A DNA stretch of 63,005 nt, filler included, from Octopus bimaculoides (GCF_001194135.2; 6 parts of 5 records of this genome joined end to end with filler, not necessarily neighbours in it), one strand, 5' to 3'. Shown: positions 1 through 11,614, counted from the whole stretch's first letter. Numbers and translations: made by a program. Notes: generated by a model from the letters alone, not told the origin.

Positions 1-268
1 TTAATTAAAAGAAAAAAAATGTATGAAGTTAACAAAAACAGATAGTGTGTTATTTTTATTCCTTCTACCTATCTACGTTGTTTAGAAAAGAAAAAAGTAA
101 TTTAAAAAAAATTATTTACTAATTTGCATACGCGCGCACGCGCACACATGTATTCATTTGCACGCGCGCCCGCGCGCACTTTTCGTAGGATCGACCACTC
201 ACGACTAGGTAGCGTGGACGCGCGACAGCGCGACTGCGCGTTCGGGTCCGCTCTGCTTGAGTAGTACC
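1..268. mobile_element. Right-hand part of a Mutator-like MITE (second copy of the 1549-2178 element), running off the window start
   Basis: 1-268 matches 1898-2178 with a few substitutions/indels; ends at the same terminus ...GCTTGAGTAGTACC but with a different right flank (GGATTTTTT vs CTTTAGTAC). Confidence 0.85.
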
Positions 269-271
269 GGA

Positions 272-275
<4 letters not shown>

Positions 276-340
<65 letters not shown>
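276..340. repeat. (TTA)n microsatellite
   Basis: Pure TTA run; source of the poly-N ORF 119..370. Confidence 0.95.
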
Positions 341-341
<1 letters not shown>

Positions 342-349
342 TTTTGTAG
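341..349 (+). promoter_or_regulatory. Candidate 3' splice acceptor upstream of the FOXRED2 start codon
   Basis: T-rich tract followed by CTTTTGTAG ending 20 nt before ATG 370. Confidence 0.5.
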
Positions 350-369
350 ATCTTGTGAGGACTTTAACA

Positions 370-586
370 ATGCAGCTCTTTCCGAAAAGAATCTTCATAC
401 AATTTGGGACCATCTTTGCTCTGTTGGTAGTTAACAGTCTTACAAAAGTTGATGGACAAACACAACAGGCAAGCTCACACCATGATTACTGTATCATCGG
501 AGCTGGACCGTCAGGACTTCAAATGGGATATTTCCTAGAAAAATCTGGGAGGGATTACATAATTTTTGAAAGAACAAATACCTCAG
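370..586 (+). CDS. FOXRED2: FAD-dependent oxidoreductase domain-containing protein 2, first coding exon (signal peptide + Rossmann GxGxxG)
   Basis: [30 protein letters not shown]...[35 protein letters not shown] matches the recalled FOXRED2 N-terminus ([30 protein letters not shown]); phase-1 donor G|GTTGGT at 586/587. Confidence 0.93.
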
Positions 587-1548
587 GTTGGTGGAGAAAT
601 TCATTAATTACTTTCTTAATTTTATCATATTTTTATTATCATTTAACTTTTATTAATGTATGCGTTATTCAAATTTATATTCAGTCATGAAATAGTTGAA
701 ATATATTAACGAAAATTATAGTTCCCTTATTTAAGTAGTTTATGGAAATCAAGGAATATAGATGCAAGTTATTGCGATTAGGATAAAGAAAATGACGAGA
801 GCAAATGAGATTATTATAATGATAAAATCAAATGAGATGATTATAATGACAAAGTCAATTATCTAACAAAGCCATTACACTTGGTTCCCTTTTCTAAGCG
901 ATTTTATTGGGTTATTGCGCTCATAACTATTAACAGATTTATCTTTATGTAATTCTTTGACGAGAGCAATGAAGAATAAATAATGACATAGCTCCAAATC
1001 AGCTTTAGTCGATCAAACCTTTGAACAAATGCGTTCTAAGTGTGATCATGCCATCTGATTTATCTAGGCATATATTATCACATGTGTCCTTCCATTTTTA
1101 AGCTGGTTGGGTGTGATTTTAGAGAAATTTAGCTGTTATTTCTGGTATACAATCGAGTATGCAGAGGCTCCCTCGTTGTTTGAATATCAATTGACTATAT
1201 AGAAATAATGAAACATCAAACTTACTGTTGTGAAAACAATTGCCTCGACTTCAGGATTAAGATCAGCAAATTTAAGGGAGGATTAGAGTTAGTTGATACC
1301 AAGTCAAGGTTGACTGTGGTGGTATTTAAAGCGAGAACGTATAGAGCGGGAAGAAATACCGCTAAGTATTTTTCCAACACTAACATTATTCCACGATAAA
1401 ATTTACTAATAAGACACGATTACATGTTTTTAATATACTGAATTTAAATTTCATAAGTTTGATAGCATAACCTTTCCGTCTTTAACTTCATCTTTTCTGT
1501 TTTGTAAAAAGAAAAATGTGCTTTAAATGGTAAAACCCACTTTAGTAC

Positions 1549-2178
1549 GGTACTACTCAAGCAGAGCGGACCCGAACGCGCAGTCGCGCGTCCGCGCTAG
1601 CTAGTCGTGAGTGGTCGATCCTACGAAAAGTGCGCGCATGCGCGCGTGCAAATGAATACATGTGTGCGATATGAAGTGTGGGAATTCGTGGGAGAACTTT
1701 CAGACATTTATCAAGCACATAGCCGAAATATATCCACAGTGATTTCAGAAAGGTAAAGGTTACAGTTTTTTTTTATTTTTGCGTTTAGCTGTTATTTCTA
1801 GCATATCAAGTTTCCCTCAGTGTCTAATCCCAATGTGCACCTTTTTTAAAATTTATTTACGTTGTTTAGAAAATAAAAATTATTTTGTTCACAAAATTTA
1901 ATTAAAAGAAAAAAAATGTATGAAGTTAACAAAAACAGATAGTGTGTTATTTTTATTCCTTCTACCTATCTACGTTGTTTAGAAAAGAAAAAAGTAATTA
2001 AAAAAAAATTATTTACTTTGTTTAAAAGAAATTATTTACTAATTTGCATGCGCACACATGTATTCATTTGCACGCGCGCTCGCGCGCACTTTTCGTAGGA
2101 TCGACCACTCACGACTAGGTAGCGCGGACGCGCGACAGCGCGACTGCGCGTTCGGGTCCGCTCTGCTTGAGTAGTACC
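1549..2178. mobile_element. Non-autonomous Mutator-like (MULE) MITE, 630 bp
   Basis: TIRs 1549-1668 and 2051-2178 (differ by an 8-bp indel and a few substitutions), G-initial termini GGTACTACTC/GAGTAGTACC, exact 9-bp TSD CTTTAGTAC at 1540-1548 and 2179-2187. Confidence 0.9.
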
Positions 2179-5100
2179 CTTTAGTACTACTTTCCTGGTT
2201 ACAGCCATATTTAGACGTTATCATCAGTGTTTCTGTAATTTCATTAAAAAAACCGTTGGGTTATAACACCAATTCTACAGCTATACTGATACTGTATTGT
2301 AAGATAAATTAATAATGATTAAGCCGAGACATTCTCAGTGACCACACACATCGTATTTACTATAACCTTCGCGTTGTTTAACTCTGTGTTTGTCAAGAGA
2401 TTAGAAAAGCCCATTATCAAAAATGTCCCATTCGAGAGCATCTAAAACAACCACGGTGTGTCTAAAACTTCTAGAACTACAACAACCAACCCATCTTTTT
2501 CTTGAACTGTCCATTGTGATTTCAAAATTTGGGTGCTATTTCTAACAAGTTGAGAGTTCATGTAAAGACTCAAAATCTAGCATTTACTATGTTTATTTAT
2601 GAACTCGGGTTAAATTTTATTTCTGAGGTTCTGAATACATCGTCAAACAAAGTAAATATCTAACGTGAAAATAGAGATGTAAACGTTCAGTTATTTCATA
2701 ACTGATAAAATGGAATCACACAAATATGTATATTAAAGTTTAATTTAATGTTTCTGAAAATCATTTTGACCAAAAGACATGCCCCTTTTCTTTGTTCATG
2801 AGTATGAATCGGGTAGAAGGATCAATTGTTTCCTTCAAAGTTTTCCATACCTTTATTTTTTCCAGAAAACTATCAAATCTAAACTTGTGACATTTCTTCA
2901 ATTAGCATACTTACATTCAACACATACATTACATATCCAAATCATTCTGGAATCGAGGTTTCTCTTGATCCGCCGGAATGGCAAAAACTTAGTTGCGATT
3001 ACCAGTGTTAGCAAATGGTCTATTGCATCAAGTTTACATTCTTTGTTGATAGGTAAACTATCCGACGCTTTGTGACTTTTGCTTCTCAATTAGTGAATGA
3101 ACCGGCACAGAAGAATAAGAAATGCATGTCGCTGGATTATTCAGGCTGATTCACTGTGTATCTAAATCGAATGTGTTGAAAGAACTTCGTTAATGTAAAT
3201 ATAGTGTTCTGTTGTGAAAGATGTCAAACACAAGCACTCATTGTAGCAACACTTCTCTTAAACACAAGATCATCTTGTCTGCGACCAATGGCCATTTTCT
3301 GCAATAAGACAGCCGTGTGCCTTGAATAGCCAACATTTATCGTACTTCAACAGATGGATAAGGAAATTATATTGCAATATGTTTTCGTAAACTATTTTTC
3401 ATAAGAATAGTTTTAATGTAACTTTGTGTTCACATCAAAGACCACTATTGGCTCCAGCTGCATCAGGCAAAGTTAAGAATCGATTTATTTCCACCGACAG
3501 GGTTGCGATCTCCAGTCTATTTGTGTCTAATATTTTCACTCAACTCAAAGTTTCTTGTCCAGCATTTACCTCAAGACTTTCAAAAAAGAATATTACCCGT
3601 TAATCTGGTTTAACTGTGTTTTCCTGGTTGTCACAAAACATTCACGTCTTCTCTACCTCTGGTAAAACACTCGCAATTATTGCTATTGATCATGGTGCTA
3701 TGGAAATATATTAATCCTAGCACTCGCACCGAACACATTCGTTTCTAGTTAAGTGACAACGAAAACACTTCAGCCCATGTACTCTATTCCCTTCATAACT
3801 TAAAGATATTACTTTTTGCAGTCTTCTGAGGTGGTTCACATAATGTACATTTAAAAAAATTTACTAGTAAGAATTAAGAAGGCTATACAACTACTGGCTG
3901 GATGAGTTATAATAGTCTTCTTTCACATTCTTAGAAGAACTAAGCTACACGTCTTATATTAATAGTATTTTTCCAGACCAAGCAGAAAACAAACGAATCT
4001 TTTGGTGGGAACATAAAAAAATCTTTTTAGAGGTAATACCATTTATTTAGATCCTTATTCAGATTAATTTTGACATGGGGGAACTCGCTCATGATATAGC
4101 AGCAAGTAATCTATCCAACCTATTGTAGCGTTAAAATATCGGGATATATATTGGTAATCTCAGGCAGATATCGCAAACTTACGATTGAGAAAACATATGT
4201 GTAATGCATAAATATGTACAAGAAATCACATATATTTAAACTGAACTTATATGAAGTTAGACACCCACTAAAGCAGGGAAGTTTCCGCAAAAAATCTGTC
4301 GTCTAACCAGTAGGCCTAATTTTACTGATAGACTAAATACATATGAATATATTTTCGTATGCATATTTAGCAATGAAAATCAGATCGTCCCCATGTAAAT
4401 TATGTAAATGAGTTGTATCCGATATGATTTGTTTACATTCCACAAACTCGTACTCAGCTGATGACTGCCTATTAGTAGAAAAAATGACTGAGTCTTGATG
4501 AGGAAAGCAAGTCAGTACGATATTCCTTCTAAGCTACCGAGAAGACAAAGTTTCTGGTCAAACCAAGGAGACTAATATAACAGTGAGATTGTACTTATAG
4601 ATAAGGCTCTCTATACATATTTCTTTATAACCTATGTTATATTAGTACTTTAGTTATATGTCTGATGGAGCTACGGATATGTTTTTGTACAGTCTCCAGT
4701 TTTCAAGAACTTTTGACGTTTAGATTTATGAACGCCTTTAGCCTATCATAATTAATTTCTTTTCCTGGGAGTTCAAATCATCAATAATCTCAAATACGCC
4801 TACTTTTGATGAATAATGAGTTTTCCATCCTCGCAGGACTTGAACAAATATTTTTTCTTCAGTCCATCTAATGAGATCGGGGAGTTTCATTTATTCTTGT
4901 GTTTGCATGGTCTAAATTATTCCACATGTATTCCAATGGAATATATGCAAACCAAAAACTATAGGTTAACACTCTAAAAACATCTAGACAGATTTGTTTA
5001 ATCAGCGGTAAATATTTAGCTTCAATATCTTAATATTCATGCACCTATTTATATGCAAATGGTTTTATGCTTTGAGATTACAAATGACTACTTTCATACC

Positions 5101-6428
5101 TTAGACTCCAACTTATATCAAAAGAAAACCAGTTTGTGTGAAAACGTCTTCTTTCATACACTATTGAAAAACATGGGAATTCCTTTGTATTAACCCTGGT
5201 GGGGAAAGTGCCGTTTAGAAAGATGATTAAGAAATGAGGAAATGAGACTGTAATCTATATTTCCGATGAATGTAAAGGTAAAACCTAAAAAAAGAAAAAA
5301 GAAGCGACTAGCTACTAATCTCAATGAAAGAAACCTACAATGAATTACAACTACCATGATAAATATTATGCAGACAGCTAGAACTTTTAATGTGTGAGAG
5401 CAGAACAGCCAAAATTAGTTTTATTTATTTGAATAAATAAAAGTAAATCTGAAAGAGTAAATACGCTAAATATGATTAAATATAGTTAAAGCTAAATATA
5501 AACGCCCAGGAAAGAGTTGAAAAGCAATCATATCATTGCGTTTCAATTGGAAAACAGGCATATTTATGCTGATGATAATGATCATGATGACTGCCTGAGA
5601 TAAAGTGTGTATCATATCATTTCCATTACAGCTTATAATCAAAAGAGCCAGAACTAAACAATATCGATAAAAGAAATGTCGGTATACAAGCACCAAATAT
5701 ACATAAATATAAGGTCCGTATATAAATATCAAATTAAACGGAATTACAAGGTTTATGCATCGTGATTCTCAACTAATAAAAATAAAATTGCTTCGTTTTG
5801 CGTTGATGGTAATATAGGAAAATTTAATTTCTATGTTGAACGCATCTTCCATATTTATCGTAGCGTATAATTCTAAAGCAACGTAGGCGGCAAACCAGCA
5901 GTCATCAGAGCGTTGAATAGAATTCCTCACAGTATTTGTTCTGACTTCGGTTGCTGGTTCAAATCCAGCTGAGGTTTGTATTATTTTCCATTATCTGGTG
6001 ATGGTGGGGAGGGGGTCGATAAAAAAAAGCACTAATCCAGGGCGATGAATTAGTGAAACTGTCACAGAGTTGGACAAACTACATTGCGGTATTTTTTCTA
6101 ATTCTTTGCGTTCTGACAGCAACGCCTGCGGCAACATAAGTGCTGAGCTTTGTTGGCCGAAGTCACCGGCCGTTACCTTGGATAAACATTGGTGATGTGG
6201 AGAAAAGAGAATTGCTTGCATGAGCAACTACTTTCTGAAAATATTTTGCTCAGACCTGAACATACTTGTGCAGATGTATCGCCAAACTTGTCCGTTAAAG
6301 TTTTGAAACAACTTCTTGTAATTCTATCGGAATAGTTTCTATTAAATTTATTTTGATGCATGCTAATGAATTTAAATAATTTTAATTAAACAAATTTCTC
6401 TCATTTACTTTTCTAACTTCTTTTGCAG

Positions 6429-6759
6429 GAAATTTCTTCACAAAATACCCCCGTCATCGTACATTAATCAGTATAAATAAAAGAAATACAGGAAGGACGA
6501 ACAAAGAATTCAATATGAGACATGACTGGAATTCACTACTTTCTGACAAGGAACATTTAAAACTGCGTTATTACAGCAAAGAAATGTTTCCTCATGCTGA
6601 TGTACTTGTTAAATATCTTTCAGATTTCCAACGTATGAACAATTTAAATGTCCAATTTAATACAGAAGTCTCTAATATCCAAACTGTGAGAAATGATTCA
6701 GTTAAGGAGAAACATACATTCACTATGTCTGACCAATACAACAACATTTATGCTTGCAG
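6429..6759 (+). CDS. FOXRED2: FOXRED2 second coding exon
   Basis: Acceptor TTTTGCAG|GA; phase joins exon 1 (G|GA = Gly); reads [40 protein letters not shown]...YAC, matching [35 protein letters not shown]; phase-2 donor AG|GTGACA. Confidence 0.93.
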
Positions 6760-6767
6760 GTGACAAT

Positions 6768-6798
6768 TATTATTATTATTATTATTATTGTTATTGTT

Positions 6799-6833
<35 letters not shown>
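6768..6833. repeat. Compound (TTA)n/(TTG)n microsatellite just inside intron 2
   Basis: Direct inspection. Confidence 0.9.
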
Positions 6834-6834
<1 letters not shown>

Positions 6835-7295
6835 ATCCTCTTCTTTCAATTTTGTTTCCATTCCTTGCCGAGTGTCTTCCTGACATCCTGGGCAAAGAAA
6901 ATCACTGTATACATCGGTAGGTCATTAAAATATACATACCAGATTCTTCATTTACAAAGTCATGCGACAGAAAGAAAGTGGAAGAAAGAAAGAAAGAAAA
7001 AGGAAAGAATAAAAATAAAAATAGGAAAACAAATGAAAAAGAAAAAAAACAAAGAAAATAAAGGGGAAAAAAGAAAATTCACAGCGATAATGCTCTTCTC
7101 AGTACGTATGACATACCAGTTAAAACAGTCTTTTGCATTTCTTGCATGGATGGTAAGCCAGGGATCATTCTCAAATAATTTTCAGTTTCTTTTCTGATCA
7201 TATCAATCGTCTTGATATACCACATTTTTTCGATTTCGAAGAGTAAATCTTTATATTTTCTGAGCTTATTATTGTTATTATTATTATTATTATTA

Positions 7296-7339
<44 letters not shown>

Positions 7340-7342
<3 letters not shown>

Positions 7343-7615
7343 TAGTTTTATTTTTATAACGTGCTTTCACTTCACTACCGAGCGCAGTTCTGTGTGCCTT
7401 GGGTATGTGCTGTGGTTTGCTGTGATGCTCTTATTGTTACTGTATTGAAAGTGTTTTGCGTTGGATGTGTGCTGTGCCCAGTAGTGCAATTTTCTGTATG
7501 TTATATATATTTGTAAGTCCTGGTGTTTTCGTTATGTATTTGTCTGAATATTTTTTATTATACCCAGGGCGCCTACTATAATAGGAATTGTTTCTGTTTT
7601 TAGATTCCACATTCG
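7340..7615 (-). mobile_element. 5'-truncated R4/Dong-clade non-LTR retrotransposon (C-terminus of restriction-like endonuclease + 3' UTR)
   Basis: Minus strand reads RMWNLKTETIPIIVGALGII-(frameshift)-YSDKYITKTPGLTNIYNIQKIALLGTAHIQRKTLSIQ*, the PxxxGALG...QKxxLLGTAxI motif of R4-type elements; flanked both sides by (TTA)n. Confidence 0.8.
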
Positions 7616-7660
<45 letters not shown>

Positions 7661-7671
7661 TTTTTTTTTAA

Positions 7672-7880
7672 GGTGGCGTGCTGGGAGAATCGTTTGCATG
7701 CTAGACGAAATGCTTAGCAGTATTTCGCCCGTCGTTACACTCTGAGTTCAAATTCCGCCGAGGACGACTTTGCCTTTCATCTTTTCGAGGTCGATAAAAT
7801 AAGTACCAGTTGAACACTGGGGTCGATGTAATCGACTCGTCCTCATCTCCCTCAAACTGCCCTGGTGGCAAAAATTTGAA
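7672..7880 (+). mobile_element. SINE family A (B-box GAGTTCAAATTCC; body GTCGACTTTGCCTTTCATC...GTACCAG)
   Basis: Same ~200-bp motif recurs about 12 times in the window on both strands. Confidence 0.8.
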
Positions 7881-7902
7881 ATAATAATAATCATTATTAT
7901 TA

Positions 7903-8267
7903 TTGAGTGAGAGAGTAGCGCATGCCATCTAATTGACACTGGAGTAGAATATATGAAACCCATTATACCCATCATGACTACTCGTCTGATAAGGGTACAC
8001 CAGGCACATGCATCACAACCATATGTGCGCAACATGGTGATCTCGTATCAAGATAAACAGCGCATGACCTCGCAGGTGGGGCCCAGTTAGAATTTTCTTC
8101 AGGTCGAGTGGCCCATCCCGCTCAAAAGGTACCTGAATAAGGGTTGTTTAAAGATGTTGAGCAAAACACCCATGTTTCCAAAGGTGAATTATTCAAACAC
8201 CAAAGAATTCCTCTCAACACATGGCTATGATGCTCCCCCACTACTTCTGCTCATGATCAGAGATGCA
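7903..8267 (-). mobile_element. Interspersed repeat family C (TAA-tailed), cut by the first spacer
   Basis: Reverse complement of 18050-18380; no ORF. Confidence 0.8.
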
Positions 8268-8367
8268 NNNNNNNNNNNNNNNNNNNNNNNNNNNNNNNNN
8301 NNNNNNNNNNNTTAATTAATTAANNNNNNNNNNNNNNNNNNNNNNNNNNNNNNNNNNNNNNNNNNNN
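8268..8367. other. Artificial 100-bp assembly spacer (44N-TTAATTAATTAA-44N)
   Basis: Identical geometry at five places; palindromic 12-mer with stops in all six frames. Confidence 0.95.
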
Positions 8368-8383
8368 TCATCCACATATACAT

Positions 8384-8617
8384 GTGTTATTTCTTTACTA
8401 CCCACAAGGGGCTACACACAGAGAGGACAAACAAGGACAGACAAACGGATTAAGTCGATTACATCGACCCCAGTGCGTAACTGGTACTTAATTTATCGAC
8501 CCCGAAGGGATGAAAGGCTAAGTCGACCATGGCGGAATTTGAACTCAGAACGTAGCGGCGGACGAAATACTGTTAAGCATTTCACCCGGCGTGCTAACGT
8601 TTCTGCCAGCTCGCCGC
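8384..8617 (-). mobile_element. SINE family A
   Basis: Reverse complement of family A, including the long tail variant. Confidence 0.8.
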
Positions 8618-8619
8618 AT

Positions 8620-9858
8620 TTTTAATGAACATACGCAGGTTTCATTAAAATGCCTGTAATTATTACATAACAGTTGTAGGAACATTATGGAATCTTGTAC
8701 TTGACCTCATTAGTATTCAACAATATATACTATATATTTGCCGAACATTGTTGACAGGATAAGGTGAAAGATTGTTTAATGTATTTACATCTGCTGTGCA
8801 ATTATTGCATATACATATGTGTGTACGTGTGTGTGTGGAGGGAGGGGTATCTATGCGAGTATGTGTGTATGTGTGTATGTGTGGGTATTAGGATGTTGGT
8901 GTTGATTAAGTGTCTTTCTACTGTTATTTGTCTCTATGTTATGTATAGGAATTGAGCAAATATATCTAGATAAGAATGAATGTGTGAAGTGTTTACCTGT
9001 GGTTATATTTATGTGTGGAGGCGCAATGGCCCAGTGGTTAGGGCAGCGGACTCGCGGTCATAGGATCGCGGTTTCGATTCCCAGACCGGGCGTTGTGAGT
9101 GTTTATTGAGCGAAAACACCTAAAAGCTCCACAAGGCTCCGGCAGGGGATGGTGGCGAACCCTGCTGTACCCTTTCACCACAACTTTCTCTCACTCTTAC
9201 TTCCTGTTTCTGTTGTGCCTGTAATTCAAAGGGTCAGCCTTGTCACACTCTGTGTCACGCTGATTATCCCCGAGAACTACGTTAAGAGTACACGTGTCTG
9301 TGGAGTGCTCAGCCACTTGCACGTTAATTTCACGAGCAGGCTGTTTCGTTGACCGGATCAACTGGAACCCTCGACGTCGTAAGCGACAGAATGCCAACAA
9401 CAACAATATTTATGTAGATTTATATGGTATATGTATGTATATGTATATATATATATATATAATAGAGGTACGTGATACGTAACCACATTTCTAGCTCAGT
9501 AATGGGGTTCACACGCCACTTCGCAATCCTTTGTAGTGCTACGCAGGACATCAACCTCGGGATAGGAAAGTGAGCGGAATGCGAGCCAAATAACAGGAAG
9601 AATATTATTTCAGAAAACAGGTGTGGTATTCAATGCGTTATAGAACAGACACACGTTTCTCAAAAAGCTGCAATAATTGCACAGCAGATGTAAATACATT
9701 AAACAATCTTTCACCTTATCTTGTCAACAATGTTCGGCAAATATATAGTATATGTTGTTGAATACTAATGAGGTCAAGTACAAGATTCCATAATGTTCCT
9801 ACAACTGTTATGTAATAATTACAGGCATTTTAATGAAACCTGCGTATGTTCATTAAAA
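8620..9858. repeat. Long inverted repeat: 190-bp arms (8620-8809 / 9669-9858) around an 859-bp spacer
   Basis: Arms are reverse complements with 2 mismatches seen by eye. Confidence 0.92.
9017..9406 (+). mobile_element. tRNA-derived SINE family D, full length, (CAA)n tail
   Basis: A-box TGGCCCAGTGG, B-box GGTTTCGATTCC; near-identical copy at 51418-51789. Confidence 0.85.
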
Positions 9859-10354
9859 CATTCACCACCATACTACTTTTCTGTATATATATATATACAC
9901 ATATATGTATGTGGTTTTGTGCGTGTGTGTGTGTATGTGTGTGCATACATATAGATATACATATGTGTACATATATATATATATATAAACATATATGTAT
10001 ATATATATATATGTATATTTATATATGCACACACACACATATACATGTATATACCTGCATGTATATATAAGTGTGTGTCTATTTATGTCAACATACTTAT
10101 ATATGTATGCAAATGTATATATAAATCCATACACGCACTCATAAATACTCATATGCCCGCACACATAAATATACACATAAATATACACATAAATATACAC
10201 ATAAATATACATATACGTTTATATTGTTAAGTGTGCATATATATAGAAACGCACAGCAACTCTTACAAAGACAGACAAATACAAGAGCTGATTTCTAAAT
10301 GTTTTAGGTCGTGACCAAATTTTGGGCATTTATCATATTCTAAAGTTGCCATAG

Positions 10355-10411
<57 letters not shown>

Positions 10412-10836
10412 ACACGCACACACACACAAACACACAAATAAACAGTTCAGTCATGTTAATTTTGTTTGGTGTCACTATCAGGTCCTGTTATTTTTATTGT
10501 TTTTCTTTTTGTTTTTTTTTACTCCTGTCAACAATCAGAACTAACATACCAGCTTCCTCAGTCAACCATTTCTTCCTTTCTTTTTTTCTTTCTATCTTAT
10601 TTTTTCTGTCGCGTATTTTTTAAATATATATTTGTTCAGGTGTCAACAGTTATTAAATAAGTAACTCGATATATGAGTGTATATGTGTACATACATACAT
10701 ACCTATATATATATATATATATATATGTGTATATATATATCTGAATGTGGTTGTTTATGCGTATATGTGTAACTGCTTTTGTCTGACTGTATGCGTCTGT
10801 ATATGTGTATACATATACATATATATATATATATAG

Positions 10837-10898
<62 letters not shown>

Positions 10899-11614
10899 AT
10901 ACACATGCACACATATCTATGCATATTTATACGAGTATCTATTCTTATGTACTTATGCACCTCCCTTCTGTAGATCTACCCTCAACACGCTTTCAAGTCA
11001 TCCACCTATATTTATATTTGGCTGTATATGTTTACACACTAACAATCATACAAACATCCATCCAAACCTACATTATTACACACAGACACACATACACACA
11101 CACATATATATATATACATACATGTATATACATATGCATATGAGTGTATATATGTGTGTGTGTGCGCGTGTATTTTGTATATACGTATGGATTTGTATCG
11201 TATTCGCGGAATGCACGGCTTGCGATTTCATCGCCTCAGCTATCCATAAACGTATAATCTGTCCTGCTTGTGATCTTAATAATATTCCATTCCTGTACAC
11301 ATTTTGTTTTGCCGCAGATGTCAGCTTGTAACTGCCACCGAAAGCTGCGAGGGCTATGGTAATAGCCCTTACTTCGAGATCAAGGAATTAAAAATGCTGT
11401 TTGCCTTTCAATGATTTTTGCTTGTACCTTACAAGATAATAACAATGTGTGACAAAATTTTAATTTTTCTTATCTGTCTTTGGCCAGTAAATGTTATTTC
11501 CTCTTTACTTCTACCTAAAAATCTAAGGAAATGACTACTCAAACTTTGCTTTTGTGATCTGGACATCTGTTTTGAATCTGACCTATTTTCCATTACATTT
11601 CAGACAGATTGAGC

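Noticed and set aside
355-690. ORF-track start at GTG 355 and extension to 690
   Set aside because: ATG 370 gives a clean signal peptide; homology stops at the donor 586/587, and the rest is intron read-through.
2780-3850. Possible decayed hAT-like transposase in intron 1
   Set aside because: Coding-like texture, but no unambiguous motif, TIR or TSD found.
8312-8323. TTAATTAATTAA as a biological motif
   Set aside because: Always centred in exactly 44+44 N; an assembly linker.
9017-9092. tRNA gene (also at 51418, 31480-31552, 56020-56082)
   Set aside because: A and B boxes are present but there is no complete cloverleaf, and each continues into a SINE body.
11318-11358. Possible FOXRED2 exon 3 (GCCGCAG|ATG...TATG|GTAATA; in phase reads RCQLVTATESCEGY)
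   Set aside because: Only a superficial echo of LFVAT...EGY; about 15 conserved residues are missing, it is far too short, and it lies beyond an artificial spacer.
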